A program made the position numbers and the translations under genes. This document shows, in pieces, positions 52,433 through 64,000 of a stretch of DNA of 64,000 nt (position 1 is the stretch's first letter; each line of letters starts with the position of its first letter). The stretch spans positions 208,208 to 272,207 of the forward strand of contig CM082594.2 of assembly GCA_040954595.2 (NCBI GenBank). Direction: 5' to 3'. The stretch comes from Balanoglossus misakiensis (taxonomy: Eukaryota; Animalia; Hemichordata). A model generated the notes under the pieces. It saw nothing but the letters and a program-made list of their open reading frames with translations. It was not told the DNA's origin and did not search any database.

Positions 52433-54959
52433 TCCTCTAAAGTATACCTTAAAGGTGGCCACTAACAGGTTTGACTGTATGTTGATCTGTGTCATGAATA
52501 GCAGACATTTACCAATGACTGATTGTACAATATATGATTTCAGTGTCACATATACATGTATAAGACACTAAGTACAAACCCATACATCTTACTTTCTCTC
52601 CAAATTGTAGATACTCACAAACGCATGTATGTTGAATCCTGGTCTGCAACCACACTCTGGTAACTGGTTGGTGTGTTGCAACCTACTTGTTGGCATGGTG
52701 ACAAACCAGCTTGATCGCACTCATTGTCATCTGCGGGGAAAACACAAATATCATAAAATGTATTAGAATGAATACATGTGAATTACAGTTTTCTTTGAGT
52801 ACACATTTGAAAATATACGACAAGAGAGCAAAATTGTGTGAAACTTAATAAATATCATCTGGCAAATAACTTGGTCATTACATATGTTTATCTGTACCAG
52901 TACTGTATACTGATAAACAAACAATGTAGTAACCACATTAAATTTAACAAGGTAGTGTTTGAAAGCCAAAAATATCATGCACGAGACAACAAACTCGTTT
53001 TTTTTGGCTCCGAAGTGTAAACAGAGGAGTCTGTCAAGTTGGGTAAGAGCTACTACCGTCTGTCAAACTACTTCCATCCGTCAAGAATTCATACCATTTT
53101 CTAGCTTTATGTTTTTGGCGGTGGTGTGTAGCTTTGAGGTGTTGCGGAAGAATTGGAACAGGGACAGAAATCGGAACGGATTAGCCAGCAGTGTTTTTGC
53201 TACCCGCGAGAAAAAAGTTTGGCGAGACAATTTTCATACAAATTAGTCAAACTTGCGAAGCACTGCTATCTAACATCGTCGTTTGTTTTGACATGATCAA
53301 CTTGCCATGATCAGTGCACTACAATGCGTGAAAGTGGACCGCTGTTCTGTTCATTGATCATCACCCCCTTGTATCATGAACATTGTAAGGCAATCCATTG
53401 AATTCAGCTCTTTCAGCTAGTGGCCACACTCGCTTGATTTCCTGTGTGTGTCTCTGGAGGCACAAATAATGCATATGCGTCTTTTTCTAATTTGCATATT
53501 TTGAATGGGTTAGGTGTGCCCTGACTTGAATGCGTCAAGCGTACAGGTTGTTATGGAAGTTTCTTTTTAGAACCACTAGTGTTAGTCTGTGGGCCCAACC
53601 ATCAAAAAAAGGTTCTAGAAATGTTATTATGTTGTATAGGAGTTTTGTTCTACATGAAATTAGCTGGAAATGATGGGTGGGAAACTATTGATGTGAAATC
53701 AGGTCACTTCTACCGAAAATGATGGACCAGAGAGCAATGACTATTTTAATTTATTTCATATACTATGTTCACAACTGCTATGCACCCATAAACTGGGGAA
53801 ACTAAATGATTGAACTTTCTGTTTGAACAATTCATGTATTTTTTTTGCTACCACCTACACTACTATAGTCAGCACATGAAAGTATATACTTGAATATGGA
53901 GAAATTTTATCAAAACACTTCAGCTGATCTTGAATGCTGTCTGATATTTTTTTTTCCAAATGTATTTCTTTCACTTTTAGACTAGTACTTCTAAGCACTG
54001 TTTTTTTTTCAAAACACATTTCTCATAGCTCGCACTGGTGCAATTTGATACGACATACACAATGAATTCCATCAGTATAACATAATATACAGAATCTGAG
54101 AGGGAAATGACAATATATTTGTGTGAGGCCATTTGTGAGTGCAGGCCATTTTTAAGACTTAATTTAAAACAGTTATTAGAGCCCAGGACAAGTGGTTTTT
54201 CCCCCTGTCAAGCACCTACGTTATCAGGCTGCATTCAATATTACATGAGCAAATCAGTTCAGCATTTCACTGTGGTGTTTGCACTGTTCTCCAAACATTC
54301 TGCTCGTCATCCACTACACACTGAGAGAGCACCAAGTGTCCTTGACGCTATATTTTTAATTTCTAACTATGGAAAGTGCCTGATAACTTTAAATTATTTT
54401 CTTTTTTAACATGGTGACTGGCTGTAATCTCTGCAACTTACAACTTCTGTAAGTACCCTTTTGTGGCAGGAAATGCAAAGCCATTGTTAGCCTATACCCT
54501 CCCCACTCAAAAAAAACTTACCTGAACAATTGACATGGTCTGCACTCAGAGAAAAACCATCATCACCACAACTACAGCTGAATCCACCCTCTGCATTGTG
54601 ACAACCTCCAGCACAAACAGAATCTGAACACTCATTCACATCTGAAAATAGAAAACAAAAACATCCATTGTAATTATTCAAGTCAATACCTATCCTCCCT
54701 TCCTTTAAAATTTTCTTAAATTGAACAAATTCACATGGCTTTGAAATTAAGTATTAACAGTGATATTTCTAATATTTCTAACAGGCCTGACTTTTCTAAA
54801 CTTTCAGTTTCTTTGTGGATTTGTAGAAATGATGTAAAAACTGAGCTGTCAGGTCATAACTGTTTGTGCTTTGGCATGAACACATATCCCAGAATGACCT
54901 ACAGGGTTGGCAAAGAAATTGATAAACTCTTCACCTAAAATTTCAAACTCGTAGATCTT

Positions 54960-55380
54960 AATTATATAGATTCTCACACTCCTGGCATGCTGAGAGTGTA
55001 GGATCAGAGTGTAAGAACAAATCAATCCCACACACTCACTGAATCGAAAGCTGTATATGACGCGAGCGCTGATTGGATGACAAAGCGATTTTTAATAACG
55101 TGCGCTAAATGTTATCCAATGACAGGATAAAGAAACTACAACATGCCAGATGACAACTCAAGAGTCATTTATTCAATGTTTTAAGACGAATTTGGCTAAT
55201 TTGTGCCCGTGTGAGAAATATAATCTCATACACAAAGGACCGAGGATCATATTTCCCACACTTGTCAGGGATATTTTGTCCCACATTCGCCTGCGGCTCG
55301 TGTGGGACAGAAAATCCCCAACTCATGTCAGAATTATGACCCCTAGTCCTTGGGAGTGTGAGATTCTATTAATCTCACAA
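54960..55380. mobile_element. Second terminal-hairpin non-autonomous element (hairpin ~55210-55379)
   Basis: tgtgaga...gtcccaca-ttcgcctgcggctcg-tgtgggac...tctcaca, with an upstream tgattgg box. Same layout as 1559-1872. Confidence 0.55.
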
Positions 55381-56349
55381 CCTTAGGACCTGGGATAAGA
55401 TTTCTCAGATGAGTTGGTGATATTTTTGCTTGTGTTAGTCAACATATACCTGATAAGTGTAAAAAATTGCGTCAAGGACACAGTGGTCCCATTCAGTCTA
55501 CACGGAGTACATATACACAGTCAGATCGCACGGTGCTCATTTGCATATGAAAGTTCATCAAGCGAGCGACCGTTAACTTTCAAACAGACTGCAATAGGCC
55601 AATTTTCAAGGTGATTTTCAACTTGATTTTTATGCTCTGTTGTGCAATAAAATACCATGTTAGCTGGATAAATTACGAAAGTGATTCCCATTTTTCACTG
55701 CAGACGTAAATTTTATGAAAATCTGTCGGTAATAGTAGAAGTTTTTAACGTGTTTTCAGTGGTATGTTGGTGACCCCGAAAGAGACGTCCATAAACGTGT
55801 CAAAAAGCATTTGAAAACGACCTCGGAAGTTAACCAAACTTTCCTGACAGAGAGGTCTAATATCGGTCCCGACATCCATGAAAAGAAATTAATTCGAAAT
55901 GCTTGTGTAACAGTCCGCTTAAAAATAATCGATGTCGTTCAACGATATGACCCGGAAGTATACGTTGACCTCTCCGGCTCCATGTTAGCCTTGTAAATAC
56001 AGAAGTGTTGCGTTGATCGTGAAACGATACGTTTACCGTGGGGAAAACAGCTTTTGAAAGGCAATTCTTAAGTAAAACAGTTACTGGATAATGTATAACA
56101 CCCTAAGGTAACGTATTAGCCAAGTTTTAACTTAATTACTAGCCTGATTTCAATACAACATCGATCTATCGCCTACAAATGTAGGTCCCATATGGACAGA
56201 ATGCCAGGTTTACCATACATGACTACGTACGTGTGAGGAGCTCAGCTGGTGTATTTTTTTTCTCTTTATCGTGGCCTGGGATATTAGTAGACATTTCGAG
56301 AATGCAAAATGCCAACTGTAACTTCAAAACCATTTCCCTTTATTCACTG

Positions 56350-57132
56350 ATAATATATGCAATAAATATTTGTGTCTGAAGGCAAGCAATTTTTGTTGTC
56401 ATCATTGCATTGGGCTGAACAGGACAGAGTTTGAGCTGATCAGCTGACTCCAAGTTTCGATTTGGAACATACAATTTGATCATATCAGACAGATATGATG
56501 GTCCAAGTCTATGAATGAATTCAAAAATAAGAAATAAAATCTTGAAAACAATACGATCAGACACAGGTAACCAATGCAACTGAAATTGCATTGATGTAAA
56601 AGGTGATTTTGGAACTAGCAGCAATATTTTGAACTTGAATACGGCTGATCTAGTACTTAGGGAGCCCAAATAAAAGTGAATTACATGAATCTATTCAAAA
56701 TGCAACAAAAGAAGGAACTTTATTGCTCTGTGGCGGCTTGAGATAAATATTTACAGACAAGTGCAATATGCTGCAAATGAAAAGCGACTGAATGGCAGAT
56801 CTGTGCAATCATTGTCAGACAATGAACAGGTTTCAGAGCATCACATGCATTTCTGTAATCCCTCTGGCAGATAGATTACCCGAAGTAGCAGAAAAAATAA
56901 CAAATTCAGTCTTATCGTTATTTAAACACAAGACATTTTCAGACATTCAGTACCGACATCGGAAATACAATGTTCTAGATTTGAGAGCATTCTGGGAGCA
57001 TTCTTCTTGGTAAAAGACAATGAAGAGCCATCTGCATAAAAGCTCTGTACAGGCATCCATGACTAGAAACTAATTCACCTAATGGAGAAGTGTACATATT
57101 AAAAAGTATAGGACAAAGAACTGATCCCTGTG
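56350..57132 (-). mobile_element. Decayed LINE (L2/CR1-group) RT and C-terminal fragments
   Basis: Minus strand: QGSVLCPILFNMYTSPLG near 57130 and LHWLPVSDRIVFKIL...NLESAD in ORF 56340-56669. Confidence 0.75.
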
Positions 57133-60100
57133 TTACCCCAGTGTCAAGCGGATAAAATGGTGATTGTTTGGAACACGGTTACAGTAACCATGTCTGAAAT
57201 TAACACATACACACAGGGTGCGATTGGAAAGGTATGACTGAAACCACAATAGGGCTGCAACCCACAAAAGACCAATCAATTTCATTGATGATTCATTATC
57301 AGTTTGTTTTTCTTCCGTCCAGTTATATTCATCAGTCAGTTCGTCAAAGTCAGAATCAGTCTCGTAAATATTTCCCTCTTCTTCTCTTAAAATGTCAAAT
57401 TCATGTGACTCCTCCTGTAAAATTGCATCAATGCTATTTTCCATATAATGATGTTCAGTATCAGTGATTGGTGATGGTGATTCTAATAGTGGTGACTTAT
57501 CTGTATATTTTGGGCATACCCCATACTTTTTCGATGTGGTACAGAATCCAGGGTTCCCATTATGTGGATTACTGGAGTCATTGCATTGACACGCAGGGCC
57601 ACAACCATTGTGGGTCTTATAACATTTACAACATCTGCTATTACAAGTTGGCATCTTTTTGCAGCCACACCCTTTTGTTAGCAACTCCAAATTATTTTTC
57701 ACTTTTTCTAAATTGGCATCACTGTCCCAAATAATATCAAGTTCGCCGTTGCTTAGTCTGTATCCATAATTATTGAATAAGGGAAACGTAACATGGCACT
57801 GATCGGCCTGGGACCATTACTGAGAGACCCAGCATGATCTTTTCCAGTGCAGTTGTAGGGCTTCAAAGGAAGGGATACATTCTTCCTCATACTGGATACG
57901 TGGCTAAATTGTTTCTCATATATATGTAAGCCATTTGATGTGGTTATCTTTAAGACTGTTAGTGACACTGGCTACTTGTCGATAAAGTTCAAAAAGATGA
58001 GATGCATCAAATGCTTGGAAATGTTAATTAACATAAACACTACCTTTTAAACGTATGAAAGCGAAAATTCCATTCCCTACACTGTCTACTGTTGTGTTCC
58101 AGGTATAAGGGTGCCACTAGTTATAAACTCAGGGTATTGAAAAAATGTCTTGTAGAAAGATATCTTTCCGATGCCTGCAAAGTATAGTCACAACCTGTGC
58201 ATATGAACACTGTTTGAAATATTTTGCCTACATATTGGAGGGGAATATGTTACAAATAAGGGTCTAAATTTAAATCTGATTTGAATTGATTCATGTCTAA
58301 ATAAGTGAGATTGGATAAATCATTATCCAGTTGTACAAATATCTCCTTTTGAACATGTTGATATAGTACTGGGAGGAGAACATGATAAGTATCGGTATCA
58401 GGGGAGTAAATAACACCTTTCTTGTAAGAGGACTGAACTGCATGAAGGATGCATCTACTGTCAGCTTCTTCATGACAACTTTTGGCTTCCCACTCAGACA
58501 CAATTCCATTACTACCGACGAAAAGACTCTTGTCCCTATTTTCCCCATCAAAGCCACCTGCTGTAATGAGGACATGATCACCTTGCAGAGCCGGTACAAT
58601 TATTTTTAAAGATGTGGCTGACAAGAAGTTCACTAGTTTTCTCTTGTTTGGCCTACAATTAATGTATGTTTTGAGCTAATATTATTGATTTCCTATTTTT
58701 TATGCATTTGTTTGTATTTTTCCATGTTATTGGTAAAAAGTCTTCATTTCTGAAAGTGATGGGCTTACTTCTTTTAAATTTAGTATGAAGCTTCCCAATT
58801 GTTGTCTGAGTAACCATAGTTGTGTTCAAATTGTTGTAAAATTTGCATATTTATAATTTTGAGCAATATTTGCCATTTTTGGTCAATTTTTTTTTCTGTA
58901 AAACCGCATGCCGGATTGCTTTGCAATTTGGTAGGCATGTTCGTAGGTGTAACCCAAATAATATGTTGTAAAAAATGTGATATTTTCATAAATGTGTTAT
59001 CGGGGAAACTTTTGCAATTTTTGTCAAAAATTGTTTTCCTGAAACTGCTTGTCATATTGCATTGAACTTTGGCAGCATGTTCCTTGTAGTGGTTGAAGTA
59101 AGGTATTGTACAATTTTGTGTTTTTGCCACTTTTGAACAAATATTTTTTTGTGAAACTGCTTGTTGATTGCTTTGAAATTTGTTTTTTCTCTGATTGCTT
59201 TGAAATTTAGGATATAATTTCATAACACATACATGTATATGTGCAACTTTTATTCAATTCTGATATCACAAATATTCAATATTTAGCGAGTTTTTTCTCC
59301 TAAACCAATTGTCCAGTTGTTTTGAAAGTTACTGTTTACAAGGAGTTGTTACCCCCAACTGAGACATGTTTACATAACTTCAATAAGCCAGCTGTTAGAG
59401 AGACCATGGGCTATTAAATTGTTTATTACTAGTGGCAGGTCAGTGTGTGTGTCTGTCTGTCTGTCTGTTTCAGAGCTGACTGAAAGAAGTTGCTTCTCAT
59501 ATGTGTTTGTACAGACAATTTTTGGTCAATTTTTTTTACATTCCATATTTCTATATCGTAAGATCATATATGCTTGCAATGTCACCTGTAATTTTTATTC
59601 TGGTGTGTCACTGTTTCCGCATAATCCTCAAATGGGACCACAGTGTCCTTGACGCTATTCTTTGCTGTGTCATCTGAAAATATATTAGTTAGCTCCCTGG
59701 CGGTATTAAGTGGTGAAAATACTCAGCACCTTCAAGACAATTGATATACAACCTGCAGTTTGACTCATGTATTTTATGTACACTAACTGAATTATGGGTT
59801 TCATTTTAGAAAGAAAATAACTGATCTTTTAGATTCTTGGCAGCCATAGCTCTATAGGGTAAATAAATTGCTATTCTCTCCATTAACCCACCTGTAGAAG
59901 TATGCAATGCAGCTTTAACATCTTTATTGACGCACATTTCATGGGCTTCATCTAGTGCTACATTAACCCAAGTTGAGCCTGACAAATTGCAAACAAAACC
60001 ACCTGCTTTGAAATGTCACAACAGAGAGTTTGGCATCTTCAGAAGGTCAGCAAGGTGTCTGGGAATTAACCTCAAGTACAGGGATCGGTCATATGCATGG

Positions 60101-62950
60101 AACAGTTGGTTCATTTTTTTCAAAGCCGATATTCGAAGGTTCCAATTTCCTGACCTTATTGCAATGTACAAAGACATGTATGCAAACAAATCTTCCTCTA
60201 TAAATCTAACCCAAAATTTGAAAGTTTTGTCTGTATTTGCCCTTCTGCACAGTACGTGAAATATCCCATAATTCATTCTGATTTGTACAATTAGAGATTA
60301 CTCAGTCAAACCAGGCAAAGTGTAGAGAGAATTGTAGACCACTAATAGAAATTTTGAGATCTTACTTTTAAGGTGAATCTTATTGTCAATTACCATTTCA
60401 AATGATTTAGAAAATTATGTATTATTGAGAGAGAAGATACGAATTTTATAAAATAATCAAGCAATTGCATAGCCAGCCATACCAAAAAGTTTGGAGTAAA
60501 ACAGTGACACTTGAAACACCTGTTTAATCAAACAAAAAGATATTGATATTTTCTTTTGACAGAACAATGGAAATTTACATGTTAACTTTCAACAGAGACT
60601 GGCCACCTCAGTCAATCATTGCTTGTTTCCTCATTGCTTGTTTCCTCCGAAGTGTGGCATTTGCAGTACATGAATACTTTGATTCTTAATGCTTTTAAAT
60701 TTTGATTTTGGAATTTCACTCTAATTCCTCAACGTACTTTTCCTAGATAAACATAAATAGATTTATATGTACTTCATATCATTGTTAGTGTCTAAAACAG
60801 AAAAAGTTATTAAATGGACAACCTTCGATGATACAAATCATGGAGAATTGTGGGTAAAATATCGTACTGTGTTCTGTCACAAAAAATCTGAAATTCCTCT
60901 TGCAAGCGAGTAAGTTGAGCCTTAAGGTCACCATTAATTTTGTCAATATGATCAGCTTTATCTTCAGTACATTCCAAAGATTTTGTGACAGCTTCTAGTA
61001 ATTATTTTTGGACTGTTTCTGTATTTAAGGGACAGTGCTGGGTATTATGGGTTTCACCCCTCTTATTCTAAAAGGAATTGACAACACATCTAAACATACT
61101 TTCCCAAATTTGTGTTAGGAAGCGATGAGTTAGCTTGAAATTTGTACACTGTACTAGGGTTTCCAAAGTTCCCCCTTTATGATTGAACCCTGCCAGATGT
61201 TTTAGGCCAGCATCCCAGAATATTTTCATGATGACTGGTTGGTAATTTTTTAGAGTGTGCCAGTCTCTGATAAAAGGCTGCAACCAGTCTAAATTTGCAC
61301 CATACATGTCTTTTAACTTTATCAGGTGATGGGAAGTTTTCCCATCACCAACCACAACCAGGTATTTTATTCTTACACCAACTCTGAATGTAACATATAC
61401 AGCTTATTGATAATGTTATGGACAGTTTCAATGGTGTCTGCGTGTTCACTTGCTATGCCCAAATAAATGACATTTGAGCATTCACTTTCATTACTGTTAG
61501 CATTTGTTGCTAATGTTGATTTAAAATCCCCAAAAACTGTTTCTATATCAGCTCTGTGCATTGCATTTTTCTGTAGAGCAAAAATGAATTGTCAGAAAAC
61601 AGTTCTGACCAAGCAATGGCTTCTTCTTGTTTAATGTCAAAATCTGACAGCGAAATTGATGACCGTGGTTGATGTTGTCTCAGTAGAGGTGGTTTAAATA
61701 CTACATCATCATGAACAGTATCATTGGATTTTTTTCTCCGTAAATGTACGGGCTTTTGCAATCAAACCTGTACCAGTATTTTTTTAGATAGATCTGTCAA
61801 CCATGATTTTAGTATTATTTCCACAAATTGCCAAAAATTTCATTCATTTCAGAGTCTACTGTATTTTGTGAACAAAAGCCACTGTTTAATTCTTGCCACC
61901 GTTCAAATGAATTCTGTGCATTTTCACTCACCAGACTATCTTTACTTTTAATTAACTGCCTGTTAAGAAGCAAATCATAATGGCCTGGTTGACCTGGCCT
62001 GTCTGGTGTGTACAAGAGACAGACAGGCTCAGTCTTGGAGAACACATCACCATCACCTCTTGCAAATATATCATTCTGCTTGGTGTATATATGTAATGGA
62101 CATTTTGCAACATACACTACAGATAACATTTCTGGCATACCAGCATATTAATCTGCCTTTTCCATACATTGTGTCCTGTGCAAAATGTCCATATAACGAG
62201 TGCCGTCTAACAGGACATCAAGTTGTGCATCATCCATTCCTTCAAAGTATATATGATTGGCACGCATTATGTCTACTGTATCTGCTCTTAACTTGTCTGC
62301 GAATATTTTCTCTCGGTCAGCTAAAATTGGGTCAGAAGGGAGTCCACTAGGTAGATGATCGCAATTTTGCAATGCAATATCATTTCTCACAGAGATGCTC
62401 CTGAAAAAGCACCTTCCACCACCATATATGTTGATTAGCTTAAAATCTTTGACAGTTGAATGTTTGTCATGACTGCCAAAAACAATATCATCAACACTGT
62501 TCAAAATTGACTTTGGTTTTGGTTGGACCATTTGATAAGAGGTACCGTGGAAACCTCTGTCCTTTGGATCAGCTCTAGCAGCTGCATATTTAGCTGATTT
62601 ATCAATATTGTCAATGGAAGTTATACAAAATGCATTATTTGCAATATTTTCCTCTGTGAAATCAGCTGATGTTCTTTTGTTGATAACTCCCAACATGTAT
62701 CTATGCAATGTATCTCCAGAACAAATAATACCAAATCAATTTAGAATTTTCACTAGAGTAGATGACCTACTATAACCTTCAACAATATCAGCCAGGTAAG
62801 TATGCAATGGGTAAGTACAATGATCAGAACAAGTGAACAATAGCATACACACAAAACAAACGCCTGAGGAATCGTGCTCTACTCTCCATAGAGTGCTGGT
62901 CATAAAATCCATAGTAGTGTTTATTCCATTCAAAGTTGGGGCTTTTTAAT
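57133..62950 (-). mobile_element. Decayed Academ-like (AcademX-type) DNA transposon coding region with an internal OTU-like domain
   Basis: Ordered fragments: IDNID...FHGT, VGDGKT...DWHTLKN, AIRSGNWNLR...FHAYDR..Y, VALDEAHEM..NKDVK, XPG/PIN-like HEEADS...SPDTD, and C-terminal CGCKK..C...CKC...CGPACQC. Many stops and frameshifts. Termini not found. Confidence 0.7.
58680..59662 (+). mobile_element. Inverted, more diverged copy of the DINE-1/HINE-like repeat (3' part), inserted in the Academ-like remnant
   Basis: Reverse complement of ~25467-26505 and 2885-3872. Ends gggaccacagtgtccttgacgcta. Confidence 0.8.
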
Positions 62951-63473
62951 TTACTGCATTCACTGTTGTTCAACGTTTTATCACATGAACTGGCCCGTAT
63001 AGCCGCTTGTGTGACGTAGAACAGGTCGAATAAAAAATCCGAATTTACTCCTGTTCTACGTCATCAACCGGAACTATTTACACTGATTCGCCCGTCGCTG
63101 TAACTTTCTTGTGAAATGGAATAAACAAGTGGATGAACCCGTAGTTGTACATAAGTCATATAAAACTGACGGTTCCATGACGGTTCCGTAAGAATATCGC
63201 TGGGTAAAATCAATACGAGAAAGGTAGAATTTGAAACGTCAACGCTACGATCATGAATGTGTGCTTGCAGCTAGCGGGCCTGGTCCCGAGCGAGCCAGCA
63301 CATTGTCTTGATTTTAGGCTTACGGAAGTTACGAGAATGGTTTTGTTCCAGCTGAGCGGGATGACTAACACTCTGTATTCTGTCCACTGGTCAACGATAA
63401 GTATAAGACGTGGAAAAAACATCGCAATTCATTTGTTTGAGAATCGAAAACATTTTAGTGGGGCAGTTAACAA

Positions 63474-63731
63474 AAAAATCGTGCACTTTGGGTTAAAAGC
63501 ATGAAACTTGGTACACTTATGCATTGACCCATGGCGGCCATTTTCTGATATGGATCCAAAATGACAGCGCCCTCTAGTGGCCAGAAACAGACATTCATAC
63601 TTAAAAACCGTGCACTTCAGGTTAAAAGCCTGAAACTTGGTACACTTATGCATTGACCCATGGCGGCCATTTTCTGATATGGATCCAAAATGACAGCGCC
63701 CTCTTGTGGCCAGAAACTGACATTCACACTT
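63474..63731. repeat. Tandem repeat, 129-bp unit x2, each unit with a CTCF-consensus site
   Basis: gtgcact at 63481 and 63610. cagcgccctctagtggcca at 63565-63583 and cagcgccctcttgtggcca at 63694-63712. Confidence 0.88.
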
Positions 63732-64000
63732 TCCCCCCATTAATGGCACTTTTTGGTCATTTGTAACACTCTGAAACAGGAATGTGGGTTGTAAAACATG
63801 CTTGCTACCATACATTCATGTGTATACTGTGGAATACTTTTTGTTCGCGTGGAATTTATTTTGGCTGCTTTCGCGGAGGTAATTTTTGCGCGAAAATTTG
63901 TTCCAGCGGTATGTTTTGAACACAATAGACATGAATATTAATGAGCTAGATCGACTGACGCAGTGACCTTTGACCACTGATTACTTGCATGTTACGTCTA

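Larger units (their letters stand above)
26855..54641 (-). pseudogene. Multi-exon Cys-rich extracellular protein pseudogene, copy B (cbEGF, TNFR/GCC2-GCC3-like and 8-Cys EGF-like exons)
   Basis: cbEGF exons: 54641-54522 (DVNECSDSVCAGGCHNAEGGFSCSC...) and 52730-52619 (DDNEC..., frameshifted). Cys-repeat exons: 49108-48876, 47086-46956, 46703-46570, 46187-45990, 44728-44512. EGF exons: 43692-43563, 43332-43210, 42433-42311, 32435-32321 plus 30661-30660, 30184-30068, 29676-29554, 28979-28857, 28462-28343, 28048-27926, 27541-27425, 26977-26855. Several stops and frameshifts. Linking the two cbEGF exons to this gene is inference. Confidence 0.85.

Noticed and set aside
55469-59657. 25-bp inverted match as TIRs of an Academ element
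   Set aside because: The Academ-like coding fragments extend well beyond 59657, no TSD is evident, and a third copy of the motif lies at 54336. Better explained as ends of separate repeats.

Overview
Repeat-rich eukaryotic (animal) genomic DNA with GT-AG introns. The element families and the CTCF-type motifs suggest a bilaterian marine invertebrate, but that is inference. Most of the window is a direct duplication (copy A ~899-18962, copy B ~23693-50802) of part of a minus-strand, multi-exon, Cys-rich extracellular-protein pseudogene. Its exons encode calcium-binding EGF, TNFR/GCC2-GCC3-like repeats and twelve distinct EGF exons with an unusual 8-Cys pattern. Each copy supplies the empty site for insertions in the other. 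Copy A carries a very young Mag-like Ty3/Gypsy element (9401-14289, 5-bp TSD, one nonsense codon) and several MITEs. Copy B carries an apparently intact 9.3-kb P-superfamily DNA transposon (32550-41863, perfect 33-bp TIRs, 7-bp TSD). This P element is the best candidate for an undescribed system because it has two convergent spliced genes. One is a 964-aa transposase with no visible THAP domain and no C-terminal domain. The other is a 468-aa protein joining a C2H2 zinc finger to a region carrying the YxxGY...RGGL motifs of the P-transposase C-terminal domain, so the transposase looks split in two. A related non-autonomous P element lies 229 bp away and interrupts an EGF exon. The right end of the window holds LINE fragments, a decayed Academ-like transposon with an internal OTU-like domain, and a 129-bp tandem repeat with CTCF-consensus sites. 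All coordinates and family assignments were made by eye; no database searches were run.
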